From the NCBI RefSeq assembly GCF_009914755.1, contig NC_060925.1: a stretch of DNA of 64,000 nt. One strand, 5' to 3'. This stretch comes from the human T2T-CHM13v2.0 reference genome, Homo sapiens. The position numbers were made by a program, and so were the translations under genes. The notes beneath the pieces are model-generated. The model saw only the letters and a program-made list of their open reading frames with translations, was not told the origin of the DNA and searched no databases. Shown here one piece after another: positions 27,601 to 40,290 of the stretch; positions within the stretch are counted from its first letter, which is position 1, and each line of letters opens with the position of its first letter.

Positions 27601-27831
27601 CAGTGAAGTCTGTATTGACTGGGTGAGTGGAGCTGGGAAATTTACAATACCCATTTCCTATGAAACGGATTCCTTTCATCATCGTGGTCATCAGAGCTGG
27701 TAGAGATGACTCTCTCCTTTCCAGCTGATATATAGGAGAGGGTCCATTCAGTTCTTCAGGTGGAAACCACCTAAGATGGATTGTTGTGCTGTTGATTCCT
27801 TTAACCAGAGGTGGCCTCAGTTGTGCTGGTG
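27601..27831 (-). CDS. USH2A: USH2A exon 21 (231 nt): APAQLRPPLVKGINSTTIHLRWFPPEELNGPSPIYQLERRESSLPALMTTMMKGIRFIGNGYCKFPSSTHPVNTDFTG
   Basis: AG acceptor at 27833-27832 and GTAAGT donor from 27600. The manual translation continues in frame from exon 20. Missed by the ORF track. Confidence 0.95.
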
Positions 27832-28577
27832 CTAAATATTAGAAAACACCTGTTATATTCAAGAATTTGGTTTCTGTCTCTAGACACACATATTCACATA
27901 TACGTATATATGTATTTGTATATATCACACTTCAAATCAAATCAGTTGTGGTTTCAAGTATCTGTATGGCTCTAGGAACTGAAAACACAATATAGAGTTT
28001 ATCTTAAATGCAGTGAAACAAAATTTAAATGGCCAATATACTACACACAAAACTTTCAAATTAAATTTTTTCTTGAAAATAACTTCTCTATTCTTTTTAG
28101 CTAAATAATAGATCTTATATATTATAGTAGCTGCTGTACTCTGGGTGGTGCCCCAACCACAGTCCCTCTACCAAGCAGGTACCCCAATGGCCCAGTTTCT
28201 GTGCCCGTTGGTTTCTGATGGCTCATGGCTGCCCCCTTCTGCGTAGAACTTCCCTTGGCTGAGTAAGAGCTGCCTCACCCAGGAGCCACAGGATCCCGCA
28301 GTGAAACCTACAGCCAATGACTAGCACTAAACCCATAGGGCAGAGCCCCTTGCCTTAAAGAGGCATCAACTCCGTGCTGTAATTTACACAGGCAAAGCAT
28401 AATCCGTGCCAACCAATGGGTAATGAAGGAATATTAACACGAGTTTGCCAAAACTTTGTGCTTGTGTAAAAATACATCAGAAAGTCATTTTTAAAAAGAC
28501 TTTCATTATTTTTGTTTTTGATTGCTCCTGTGGAGCACGGCTACACCATAGGCAATGTGCCAGGGGTAACCTTTATT

Positions 28578-28750
28578 TATTTTTTTTTTTAGAGATGGAG
28601 TCTCACATTGTTGCCCAGGCTGGAGTGCAGTGGCTATGCACAGGCATAATGATAGCTCACTACAGCCTGGAACTCCTGGGCTCAAGCAATCTTCCTGTCT
28701 CAGCCTCCCAAGTAGCTGGGACTACAGACAGGTGCCACTACACCCAGTAG
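28578..28750 (-). mobile_element. Partial Alu (right arm, AluJ-like)
   Basis: Poly-T plus antisense Alu right arm. Confidence 0.85.
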
Positions 28751-28751
28751 A

Positions 28752-29712
28752 CTTAATTTTTAAGAGAAGTTTTATGTTCATAGAAAAATTGAGAAGAAGG
28801 TACAGAGTTCTACCATATCTCCCCACCCATGCACAGTCTCTTCCAATATCAACATCCGGCACCCAAATGGTTCATTTGCTACAGTAGATAAATCTGCATT
28901 GACACATCATTTTCATTCAAAGTACATAGTTTCCATTGGGGCTCACACGTGGTGTTTACCTTCTCTGGGTTTGGACAAATGTATGATGGCATGCATCCAT
29001 CATTATGCTATTACACAGAAAATTTTCCCTACCCAAAACATCCTCTGTGCCCTGCCTATTCATCTCTCCTTCCCCCCAACCCCAGGTAACTACTCATCTC
29101 CGTAGTTTTGCCTTTTCCAGAAAGTCATATAGTTGGAATCATAAAGCATGTAGCCTTTGTAGACTGACCTTTCACTGAGTAATATGCATTTAAGTTTCCT
29201 TCATGTCTTTTCATCATTTGCTAGCTCATTTAATGCTAAATAATATTCCCTTGTCTGGATGTAGCATAGTTTATCACAGTTTATTTATTCATTCATCTAC
29301 TGATGAAATATCCTGGTTGTTTCCAAGTTTTGGCAATTGTGAATAAAGCTGCTATGATGTGCATATATATGTGTACATCTAATTATATATCAGGGTTTTG
29401 TGTTTTTAACTCCGTTGAGTAAATACCAAGAAGTGCAATTGCTGTATCATATGGTAAGAGCATGTTTGGTTTTCAAGACACTGCCAAACTGTCTTCCAAA
29501 GTGGCTGTACCATTTTGCATTCCCACTGGCAATGAATGAGCATTCCTTCTACTGTACAGCCTCATCAGCATTTGGTGTTGTCAGTGTTCCAGATTTTGGC
29601 CATTCTAATGGGTGTGTAGTGGTATCTTATTTTAATTTGCATTTCCCTTTATGACATATGATATAGAACATTTTTCATATGTGTATTTGCCATCTGTATA
29701 TCTTCTTTGGTC
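28752..29712 (-). mobile_element. L1M (L1MB-like) 3' fragment
   Basis: ctgccaaactgtcttccaaagtggctgtaccattttgcattcccact is antisense L1 ORF2 end, preceded by 3'UTR-like sequence. Confidence 0.8.
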
Positions 29713-31043
29713 AAAAAAGCTCCTTTTATACGCTATTTTCTATTTTTAAAGCTTAAAAACTGATCTAAATGAAAGCAAACAAGCAATAGCACTCTGAATG
29801 TTAAACAGAGCATCAGCACAAAATAACAAGCCTGTGAGTTCAGCAGTTTACACACAACGGTCCAGGCAACTAACTTTGGTCAGCCTCTTGGTCCTAGAGA
29901 GCACCCTGGCCCTGAAGTGACCCCACCACCAGCAGTGGGCTTAGCCTTGGAGCAGTAGTGACCTCATGCCCTTGCATACACTGGGACCTTGCCATCCTTT
30001 CAGGTGGTGGGACACTGGCAATTCTTTGAAGGTTCCTGGGAAACCCTAGGAGTCACGGAGATTAAGGTTTTCCCTACAACTTGCTCATTCAGATTAACAG
30101 CTGATTTATTGAAAATGAAGGTTTGTTTTGGTTTGATTTTTTTTTCCCTTAAACAGTTGAGTTTGTGAGCTGAGATTTATTCCCCCTTTAAGTATGTCTG
30201 CTGGATTTGAGAGGTGAATGTGGAGAAAGGAACAAATGTCATAATCACCGAGCCTATTTATTAAGGGCCCAAACTACATCTGTGGACTTTCAATTTACAC
30301 CTGTGTTAACACAGCCATACACAGACGCAAAGTCATTGCCTGTTTCAATAAATATAAATCAAAATGATGTGGATATAAGAATTGAAGCCCTTAAACCATG
30401 AAAGGAAATTCACCGTAAAGCAGCTTAGAACAATTAGTATTTGTTACTTTTTAGACCTTCGGCCAGCTTTTCAAAAAGAAACAATTCATTTTGGTTCTAT
30501 TTTAACTTTTAGTAAAAAAGAAAAGGCACTGAGCAAAAAGTTCATCAAGTTAGAAGGATAATTAACAATTCTGGTTATTTTCTGCCACTGCAGCCCATGT
30601 GATATTTTATTTTTATATATGTATGAATCTGTGAATTATATGCATAATTTCTCTTAGCATTTTTTTCTGCTAAAAATCAGTTAAATGGTAGGTTCTCAAA
30701 GATTTCTTTCTACAAGTTATGATCTCACTTCAAAATAATCCAAAACAAAATAAAAGGCTAAGCCATTCAGAAATTTCTTCACCCAGAGTCTCTCTTCAGA
30801 GTTTAGAGTTACATATTTGTATTAAGATTTTAGCAGGCCATTCTTGGCTATAATCTCAACTAGGAAAGGAAAGCTGCCAAAGATTTTTTAGTCCTGGGCT
30901 CAGGGAAGCAATGGAGAACCAATTACATAATGTTTAAATTGAAATTTGCTAGATTCCCTAGGGTTTTGGGACACAGAAACCTGAACTTTTTAGTTTCATA
31001 AACTACTAGCCTAGTAATATCCAATAGCCAAAAACTACTTTAC

Positions 31044-31255
31044 CAGTACTGTCCAATAGAACTTTCTCCAATGAAGGAAATGTTCTAGGACTGTAATGTT
31101 TAATACGGTAACCACTAGCCTTATAATAAGACTATTGAGCACTTGAAATGTAGCTAGTGAGAATGAGAAACTGAATGTCAAATTTCTTAATTTTAATTAA
31201 CTGTATTTTGAATTTAAATAGCCACATATGATTCATGACTACCATACTGGACACC
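31044..31255. mobile_element. MER3-like hAT-Charlie MITE
   Basis: Termini cagtactgtccaatagaactttc…ccatactggacacc, with internal inverted symmetry. Confidence 0.7.
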
Positions 31256-34200
31256 AAAGATGTAGACAGAGCATCACAAATTATACATATTTGGTGTGTT
31301 GAGGATAGGATTTCCATTTTAACTAAATGTTGAGAAGAAGTATGAATATGCCTCCTATGCTTCTTAAAAGCTGAAGAATTTCATTGCTGTTTGAAAGCAG
31401 CCTTTCTCCAGGTCCCATTTGTTTGAAAGTTGATACATCTCTACTTTACTCCAACCACTCAACTCAATGGAGATAATGTTGAAGCTCAGCACCACCACAG
31501 AAATCAAATTCCTTCCCCCATCAGTAGCATAATCCAAAAATTACGTCTTAAACAGGAATATAGATTAAGAGTAATAGGAAACAAAACTAAACAAAAGGAA
31601 TTCTGGCAACTCTGTCGTTTTTGTGTAATAATTATTGAAAATTAGAGCACACTTTTTTTTTAATTTGGCAAAGTGATTCTAATCAATAGGGAAATTCTTG
31701 AGAGTCCATTAAAGTTAATGTTTACCATTTAAACTTTAAGTAGTAGAGCACTTCTTGATTCCCAGAGGAATTATTCCATCTAGCAATGGGACTGTCCTTT
31801 AGAAGTCAATTCCTGAGAATGAATAGAACTAGAGTACATTTTTTATTCTCTTGCTTAAAAGAAAAACAAAACAAAAAACATTCCAGTAGGTGTGTTTTAC
31901 AGTTTCACATGGAGGAGTCAACTAAGCCTGTTTGAAAGGGTGAACATCCTACTGAGTTATTCTTTTCAGAGTTCTTCTAAGGCTGGAAGGGGGAATTAAG
32001 TGAAATTGTCAATCAATTAAACTAGACTGGTCTCACATACACACAAGTAGAATAAGAAGAAAAATAGATACTTCTGAACCATTAAACACACACACATACA
32101 TGCACATAGAATCACCAAGAGATTGGGGTAATGATGAATTATTCGTCAGATTTTCAAGGAAAAGGAACTATAGGTAAAAGTAGATATGACTTTTAAAGAT
32201 TTGTTAATTTACAAAACAGTTCGTTAAGAGACAACACTGAATAATGAAAGGGATTTGGTAGACTTTTAAAAATTATATTTCACTTTTTAATGTCTAAATC
32301 TGTGTGATCTTAGAAAAATCCCTTTATATCTGCTCCCACTTTCCCATCTGCAACATGAGGATACATTTTCAGTGACATACATTGACAACAATTGCTTCTA
32401 CAACAATATACATATTTGCTTTATGTTTTAGAAAACAAGTTTCTATACAAATATAAGGTGCTATCATTACAAGAACAAATCTTTCAAATTATGTATGATT
32501 AAGGAATACAATTCATCTATATTCAAAATCTATCTGTATTTACCCAGAAAATTCTTGTAAATGTAAAGTTTAAAACGAATCTTCAATATTCATTATTTCT
32601 AAGGATAATATACAAAGTTTAAAATGAATGTTCATTATCCATCATTTCTAAGAATAAAATGTCTATTTGAATAAAAGTACAAAATTCTTGTACTTTTAAA
32701 ATAGCACTTGTATTTTTTAATAGGGGTAATCTAATTTCTTGTCTATCTATTCGATGTATAGATATTTTTATAAAATGTTATAATATGCATTCTTTATGCA
32801 GCATTTATTACTTTATAACATAATTAGTAGTATATCCAAATGAATACATTTAGACTTGCAAAATTTATGTAGTGTAGCATTTTGAGCACCATAGGATAAG
32901 AACTAAAAGCTGAACAAAGCTCTTCTGAGGTACTGGTCTTTAAAATGGAATCTGTTCATTTGTTTTTAAGGAATCTGTTCATTTTTTGCCTATGAAGACT
33001 GTATGGCTGTGTCAATATCTTAAAGCATCATCAGCTTTCTATGATGATGACAAGAATTTAAGAATAAACAATTTTTCTATGTTTCAGGGGTGGGTGGGGA
33101 GCAGACTACATAAGACATTCTTAATAAGCACCCTGTCAATAGAATATGATTTTGACTTTTTCGCAGAAATGCAAAACTATGCCAGGAAATACAATTTGCC
33201 AAACACTGCTAGGCCAGAACACTTGCAAAAGGGCACTGGACCAGGACGCAAACAAGAAGTCCAGGTCATGAACCCTGATTTCTCTGTTGCAGAGAGACTG
33301 CTGCAGAATCAGCTGCTCACCAATCAGTGTCTTAAAGAGGAAAAGTTTTCCCCCGAAACTCTCAGGGGTGACTCAGCATCATCTTGTTGACTGTCTATTA
33401 TCTGACCAGGGAAGAAAGAATAAAATATATTTTGCCACTTTCTTCTTTGTTGACAAGTCACCTTCAGGAGAGGATATTACTAGAAGATCTGGAAAGGAGA
33501 AAATGTAGGCTCTAGATTGGCTCTTTAAGACCCTGATTATGGAACATTGGTTAATCCATTATTAGGTCTCTCTATTCTTCGGTTACTTCAATTGTTAGAG
33601 TGACAGGCTTGATTATGTCTAGGACCTCTTCCAGTTTCAAAATTCTTTGGTTGAATAATTTAAAACAGTACTTCTAAGTTCATAAGCCACGAATGGGTAC
33701 CAGACATCCTGATCCCCTTTGCTCCTGGGAAGCCAGCAGGAGCCCCTCTGGTTTATCCCCTTCAGCTCTCAGCCACCTTGTTCCTTTACCTTAGCATGGC
33801 ATACAAATATGATTTGTCTATGTGTTCTGTGACATAAAGAAAACCCTGCTTTTAGAGAAGTTCAGTGAACATGGTGAACAAACACTACCTTAACCAGTTA
33901 TTGTTCTGGCGATCACAATAATTTGCACAAAACTACCATCCTACACATGAAGAGAGAAGAGGATCCATTATTTCTAAACTGCACATATAGCAGCAATGAT
34001 GACAGCAACCACCATTCCCTAAAGTCCACCACTAATAAAAGGTAGTTGCTCAGACTGTAATTATGGCATCCTTGCTACCCAAACTTGAAGCTTTTATGGG
34101 GCTTATGCAATTAACTACTTAAATGCATCGTAACACTTGCTTCTCTGACAGCAAAGTATCGATTTCTTCATCATTTTCAAGTCTCCTGCAGCACAAATAA

Positions 34201-37200
34201 ATGTACTACAGTTACAGTTAATGCACTGTGTACATGCATTAAATGCTGGTGTGACACAATTTATTATTTTGTGATATATAGAATAGAAGTCTGGCTTCTC
34301 AGAAAGTAGCGTCACTGATCTAACATCAGTATGGAAACTACCATTGTCCTTGATCCTCCAAATTCTCTAACTTCCAAAAGCTAAAGACCTATTTTAATAG
34401 GATACTTAGGCTTTAAATTAAAAGGAGGGGGCACTGAATGTAAATTTTTTATATATGTCCATGTGGGAGAAAATTTAAAATAGTCTAACAGAGAAGAAAG
34501 ATACAGTTTGTATTTTCCTAAAGATGTCACTGTGGGACCTATAGCAACTTTGTTCAGATGATTTTTTGCCTATTTAATTTCTTTCCTTGCAGTTTTTTAG
34601 GGCGTATCTGTCAAAATATTTTGCATAGTAGAGTCTCTCTGATTCAGTCAATTTTTACATAGCTTGGTTGTGTTGTTTTAATGACTTATAGGATACATAG
34701 TATATTATGAAGCTATAATTGTGTATTGAAAGTGTGATTTCTACATGCCATTTTCATATGCCAAAAAGGCCAGTAGAGCCCCTGATAAAGTCGCATATCT
34801 AAATATAGACCTGGCCACAGAGGTCATCACATAGTTCAAAATCAAGCCTTTTCCTTGGATACAACTACACACTACAAATTAAAGTTGGTGAGTAAAAAGC
34901 AGTTAATTTTGTTTTGTTAGAAATAATATCATTTTAGTTTTAGCATCTAAGACAGATGCCAGCATTTCACTCTGAACAGATGGTAATTCCATCTAATAGT
35001 GCATCTCTGTATTAGTAAGGTCTGTTGTGTATACAAACAGTAATAAACACTAGGTAAGGATCAAAATAAATTTTAATTGTTGACATTAAATTCTGGCAGC
35101 CACAGTTCTAAGGCTGCAATATTCCTTTTTCAAGTCTGTCAGATTTACTAATGCAGCAAAAGCTTTTCCAAAAGCTGCCAGATCCCAGTTCCAATAAAAA
35201 CATGTTTGCACACTACCAGTTACCAGTCTTCAACCAGGGTACCTGTTTGCAGATACTGAAATAATTCTTCAAGAATGACTTGGAATTGGTGCTACCATCT
35301 ATGTGATGACCAGCCAGTGCTTCTTTTCACATGCCCCTGTAGGACTGAGCATTTAATTAAGAAGTTAGTATAAAATGTTACATCCAATTGTTACCTTAGG
35401 GGTCATGGTATTATTTATCACAGCCACTTTCTTACCCTGCTAAGCAGGGATCTCTCATCCAACTCATTTTCTTCAATTTACAAAGCTGGGCATTCCTGAA
35501 CTTCTCTGAAAGTGACATCATCCTTTCATTTGTTTGTTTTGCCCCAGCCTGAAGGATTTCCCTGACAATCACAGCAATCATCAGCTGCGCTTTTCTATAG
35601 GCTTGCTGTGGATCGAGTGTGCCAACAAGCACCGATTTGGTTCTCATAATGCCTCCAGCGATCTGGTATTACAAGGAGTAGCCCCTATTTATTTTGAGAA
35701 GCTGCCATGTTAAAGAAAAAAAAAAGCATTTAAAAAAAGCAGTTTGGCATTCAGAAGACTGTTCAATAACATGCTTTGCAATCATATTTCTTTAAAAAAT
35801 GGATTCTTTTTTTTAATCATGAAAAATGTATTGCTTCCACCATATGGGACAACCTACGACTCACCAACCGATTTAAGATGCGGCATATTGAGCTGACCAT
35901 ATGTTACAGTGCTGTTGAATGGCTGAGTGATTCATGCCCGTCACATTCTAGTATATCAATTAAAGCTCCTTGAAGTCTGCATGATTTGTGTCTCTGTTAT
36001 TAAACCCTGCTAATTCATCCCATTTACACATCTGTTATAAATCTCTAGGAGTGCTGCATGATTCATGGCAATCTGCGAGCATGCTACAGCAAATTCTTCT
36101 CCTTGTAATTAACAGTAAATTGTTTTACTGCCATGCAATGAATTTTTCAGTTATATTGCAAATGAACTCCTAAATGTGCGGTTCTTTCCTAAGAACTGAC
36201 TTATATCATTAGGCAATTAAAAAGTATTGCTTTGAACCGAAAGCTTTTAATCAAGAGAAATATAACTTAAACATTGCTTAAGAGCCATGGAAATTTGACA
36301 TGTTGGTTACAAGTGTAAAATAATTTCTGTTGAAAGAGCAAAACAAACAAACAAAAAACCTTCAGTGTACTCAGGATTTCACTGATGCTAAGACACACCA
36401 ACTGCTGCCTGAAAACAATTGGTGGGACAAGTTTTGCACAGATACTGTTTATCTTAGAAGTTACTTAAGTCATCTGTCATTACCAAATTTCTCAGACTAC
36501 TTTACACTTCCTTAATTGTAAAATGGTGCCTTTATTCTTGAAATAAATAATTGGATAATTAGCCAAGTTGAATCATCAGAGGATTCCAATGCTGTTCAAG
36601 TGTTCTTGTCAAAGGTGAAGCAAATTCATTTCAGCTCGCCTCTGCAGCTCTTCGAAGAGGCTTTGATTTTTTTTCCCCACTTTCTTGGCAGCAGCCTCAG
36701 ATTCATGAGTCCATACATCAAGTCAGTAGTTTAACAACAAATGGAATTAAATTCAAAGAAGGGAAACTAATTGAAGGACAGCAACAAAAGTGTTTGGTAA
36801 TGTGCTTTTTAATATGGCATGCCACATTTGCATGATAATTTTTCCTTTTTAGCATGGAGCAGAAAGTGACTAGCTTAATGAGGGATTATTGAAGACAGGA
36901 ATGAACAAAATGCATTCATAACTAAGAACAAAGATTGTATTATGAAACAAAAACAGGCAACCTCAGAGAAGTAACTGGGTGATTGGTTTATGCATTATGA
37001 ATAAAAAGGTAGAAAAATATTTATATTAGTATTCACTAATGACTATATATACAAGATTGTTGTAATTAAAATTATAAATTAACATATTAAGAGTGCTTGT
37101 TTAATCACTCTGGCTCCTATTCACAAGGAAAAGACTTATGTACCCGAATGCAAAACAATGTGTGTTTTCAACCCAGCAGCAAACAGCCTATACATTTTAC

Positions 37201-38589
37201 TTTGCATTCAGAAAGAAAATTTAATGCACACCAATTACTTGTTTTATGCGAGATGGGCACTTCTAAGCTTGTAGTATGGAGGTCAATTTATGACAGGCAA
37301 GGGAAATATCACATTGTCCCTTCAGGAATGGATCTCCAAAAGTAATTTCTCATAAGAAGGGTTTAAACTAAACTCAATTTGCAATGGGTGGAAATGCACA
37401 AATTTCTCGGATTAAAAGGAGAATCTTAAAGAAAAGTGTAACAAGGATTTTAAGAGGGCCCAGTTCATCAACTCATTACCTTCATACACCCAGAAGCAAC
37501 TCCAAAGCCATTAATAACACTGCTTGAAGATTTTGCAATGGAGAGAGATGCAGCTGCTCCTGAGAGAACACCTCTCTCAAATCAGTTCTCAGACTTTGTC
37601 ACAGGCATTGAAACTAAAGAAGCAGCAGTGCAATACTCTGGATGAAATGTACCCATTCTAATCATATATTTAATTGAAAAAATGTTTAAAACAAGAGAGA
37701 GCCAATTATAATTCTCAAGCTTTTTAATGAAACAGCAAGATAAATCTTCACAAGTATCTTTCTGATTTTTGAGACCGAGATTTAAGGGGGCAACATATCT
37801 TTTCATGATTCAAATGCTTCCAAAAGGCTAATTACTACTTCTAATTTGTGGTGCTCTTTTTCAAAATTTTTGAATGGTCACTCGTTTCCATTGATGTCTG
37901 ATAATGAGCTCATATGAGCTATTAGACATAAGAGTTAAATTTCCCACAAATCCATTGGAGTTCATTGGAATAATATATACTCTCCAAATTGCAATGTTAA
38001 TAGTAGAAAAAACAGAGCAGGATGAACAGTAAAGTTGCAAGTCAACTTTTATTACTCTCCTATAGCAAAATTGTTGACCATTCTAAAGAACTGGCTTTAT
38101 TATAGGTCTGCAGTGTATTTCTATGATTTAATGTCTATACTTTCTATTCAGATGTTTTGTTTTGGAAAAACATTTAGAAATACACATTCATCTACTGAAT
38201 AAGGAAGGAGGCAAAAAGAATGATGGATTTATAATTTTTTCCTGGTATTCAAATAAAAGCAAATAAGTTTATTTTCACTGATCTGAACAACCCTAAAAAT
38301 GATGTATTTTATAATAAACCCAACTGTAAGTAAAAATTATTTTTCCATACTTTTGTCATATAAGAGACTTTCTTTTTCTGCTGGGCAGGTGAAGAATCAG
38401 ATAGTTCTAACAAAATATATTAAGGAATTAGAAAATAAACATTTTTTCCAGAAAAAAACAAACACTAAAATAAATTTTTCTTTAGAAAAGAAAGGATTTT
38501 ATATGGAAACAAAAGGTAATACAATTTTTTGAAGAATGAAAATTGGGTAGAAGAAAAATTTTAGCAAAGAATAAAAAAAAAAAAACACA

Positions 38590-39460
38590 TTTGAAATTTA
38601 CCACTATATCTCCTCCTGCCGCTGCTCAATCCTTCATGTTCCAGCTTCTGCTTCAACCATGCTAATTAGGGTAATCCCCAGAGAGTCACCAGTGACCTCG
38701 CATCCATTTTAGGTCACATTTCTCTTGCTTTCCCTATACCATATGACACTGCAGACAATATTCTCCTTCTAGAATTCTCTCTTCCCTTGACTTTTCTGAT
38801 ACTGCTTCCTCTCAGTTCTTTTCCTAATTCTGACCATACCTCTGTTCACTTCACTCTTCCTTTCTTCTTTCTTCCCAGATAGAATATTCACTAAGGTGTT
38901 TTCTTTGGGCTTCCATTTTGCATTTTCTCTGCTTTCACTAATTGATTATAACCTATAGCATTAGCTCCCATCTATATGCAGATGAATACAAAATCTGCAT
39001 CATTTTTAAGCCCCAGATTTGCAATTTCTGCTCCTGGATGGTTATAATTGGCATGGATGTGTTTCTATCAAATGATCAAATAAACTCACGAGTTTATTTC
39101 TCCCATCTGTTCTTTGTTCATCTTTCCCCTTTTATTTAATGGCACCACCATGGGCTGCAATATTTGCTATCATTGTCCATCCTTCCCACTGCTTAACTTC
39201 CAGGTCTGTCTTCCTTGAAGTCACTCCATTCCCTTCTTTCAATCTTCACTTCTACTCGTCTGATTTACTCTCTTATTGCCTTTTTAAAAAAGTCTACCAG
39301 ACACTTATTACACTCCCTCTTCTAATCTATTGTGTACTCTACCACCAGGGAAGTCTTCATAAATCTCTGCTTTCATTACATCAGTACTTGGAACAGTGCC
39401 AGCCCCTAAAACAGAAACTAGCACATTGTATGTGCTCAGTAAATATCTGCGAAAGTCTTT
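38590..39460 (+). mobile_element. L2 fragment(s)
   Basis: Pyrimidine-rich L2 body (catctatatgcagatga) and 3'-end-like tgtgctcagtaaatatctg. Boundaries approximate. Confidence 0.55.
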
Positions 39461-40069
39461 ACCATTCTTTTATAGTTTATCTGAAATAGCATTTAATGAG
39501 GTATCTACTCAGTCTCCCAAATCAAAATCATTTATCTCATTTTCTACCTTCCCATAGCATTTTTTTCACCTTTCTCACAGCCCTTAGCACATGTCGCCAT
39601 GGTGTTAATCCTACCTGTTGGATCTCAACTCCTTAACCCAAATGCTGAGTATAATTATCTTAGAATCCTCCACAGTGCTTTAAATAGTAAGCCCTCAAGA
39701 GATGGTTCTGAATTGAGCATTCACAATAAAATGTAGTAATAATACATTTATGGCACATTATTAACTCTATATTGCAACCAACAAATGTGAAATTTGCTGT
39801 TTTTGAGCAAAGTTTTGAAATGTGCATAATAATTCTGAATGACATACTTCTTACAGAAATAATAAATAATGCTTTCAGATTTTAAGCCTTTCTAAGTTTT
39901 ATTTTCACAATACAATCCTTAGTTTTAGAACTCTCCATTTTATATTTTATAATAATGTTAGAAAATCAAAGTTGTAAAATAAACTCTCCTTGATTTTGAT
40001 AACATTAGAAATTCCATAACATTTATACTGTGACTAACAAAAGTCTTCTATAATATTATGATAAAAATC

Positions 40070-40290
40070 ATGACAATAAATTTTTATTGAGAATGAACTG
40101 TGATGGGCACTGCTTTAAATATTTTACATGTATTAACTAATTCTAATCCTCATCAGAACCCTACAAATAAGTTATGCTTATTTATAAATTGGAAAACTAA
40201 GGCACAGAGGTTAGATAATTTATATAAGGTCACACAGCTAGTCAATGGCAGAGCCCGGATTGAAACCCTGGCATTTTGGCTAACCATTTT
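40070..40290 (-). mobile_element. MIR
   Basis: gaaaactaaggcacagaggttagataatttatataaggtcacacagctagt, MIR core in reverse. Confidence 0.7.

Noticed and set aside
32986-33390. 134-aa plus-strand ORF in intron 20
   Set aside because: Non-ATG start in the track, no recognisable domain and no convincing splice structure. Length is compatible with chance.
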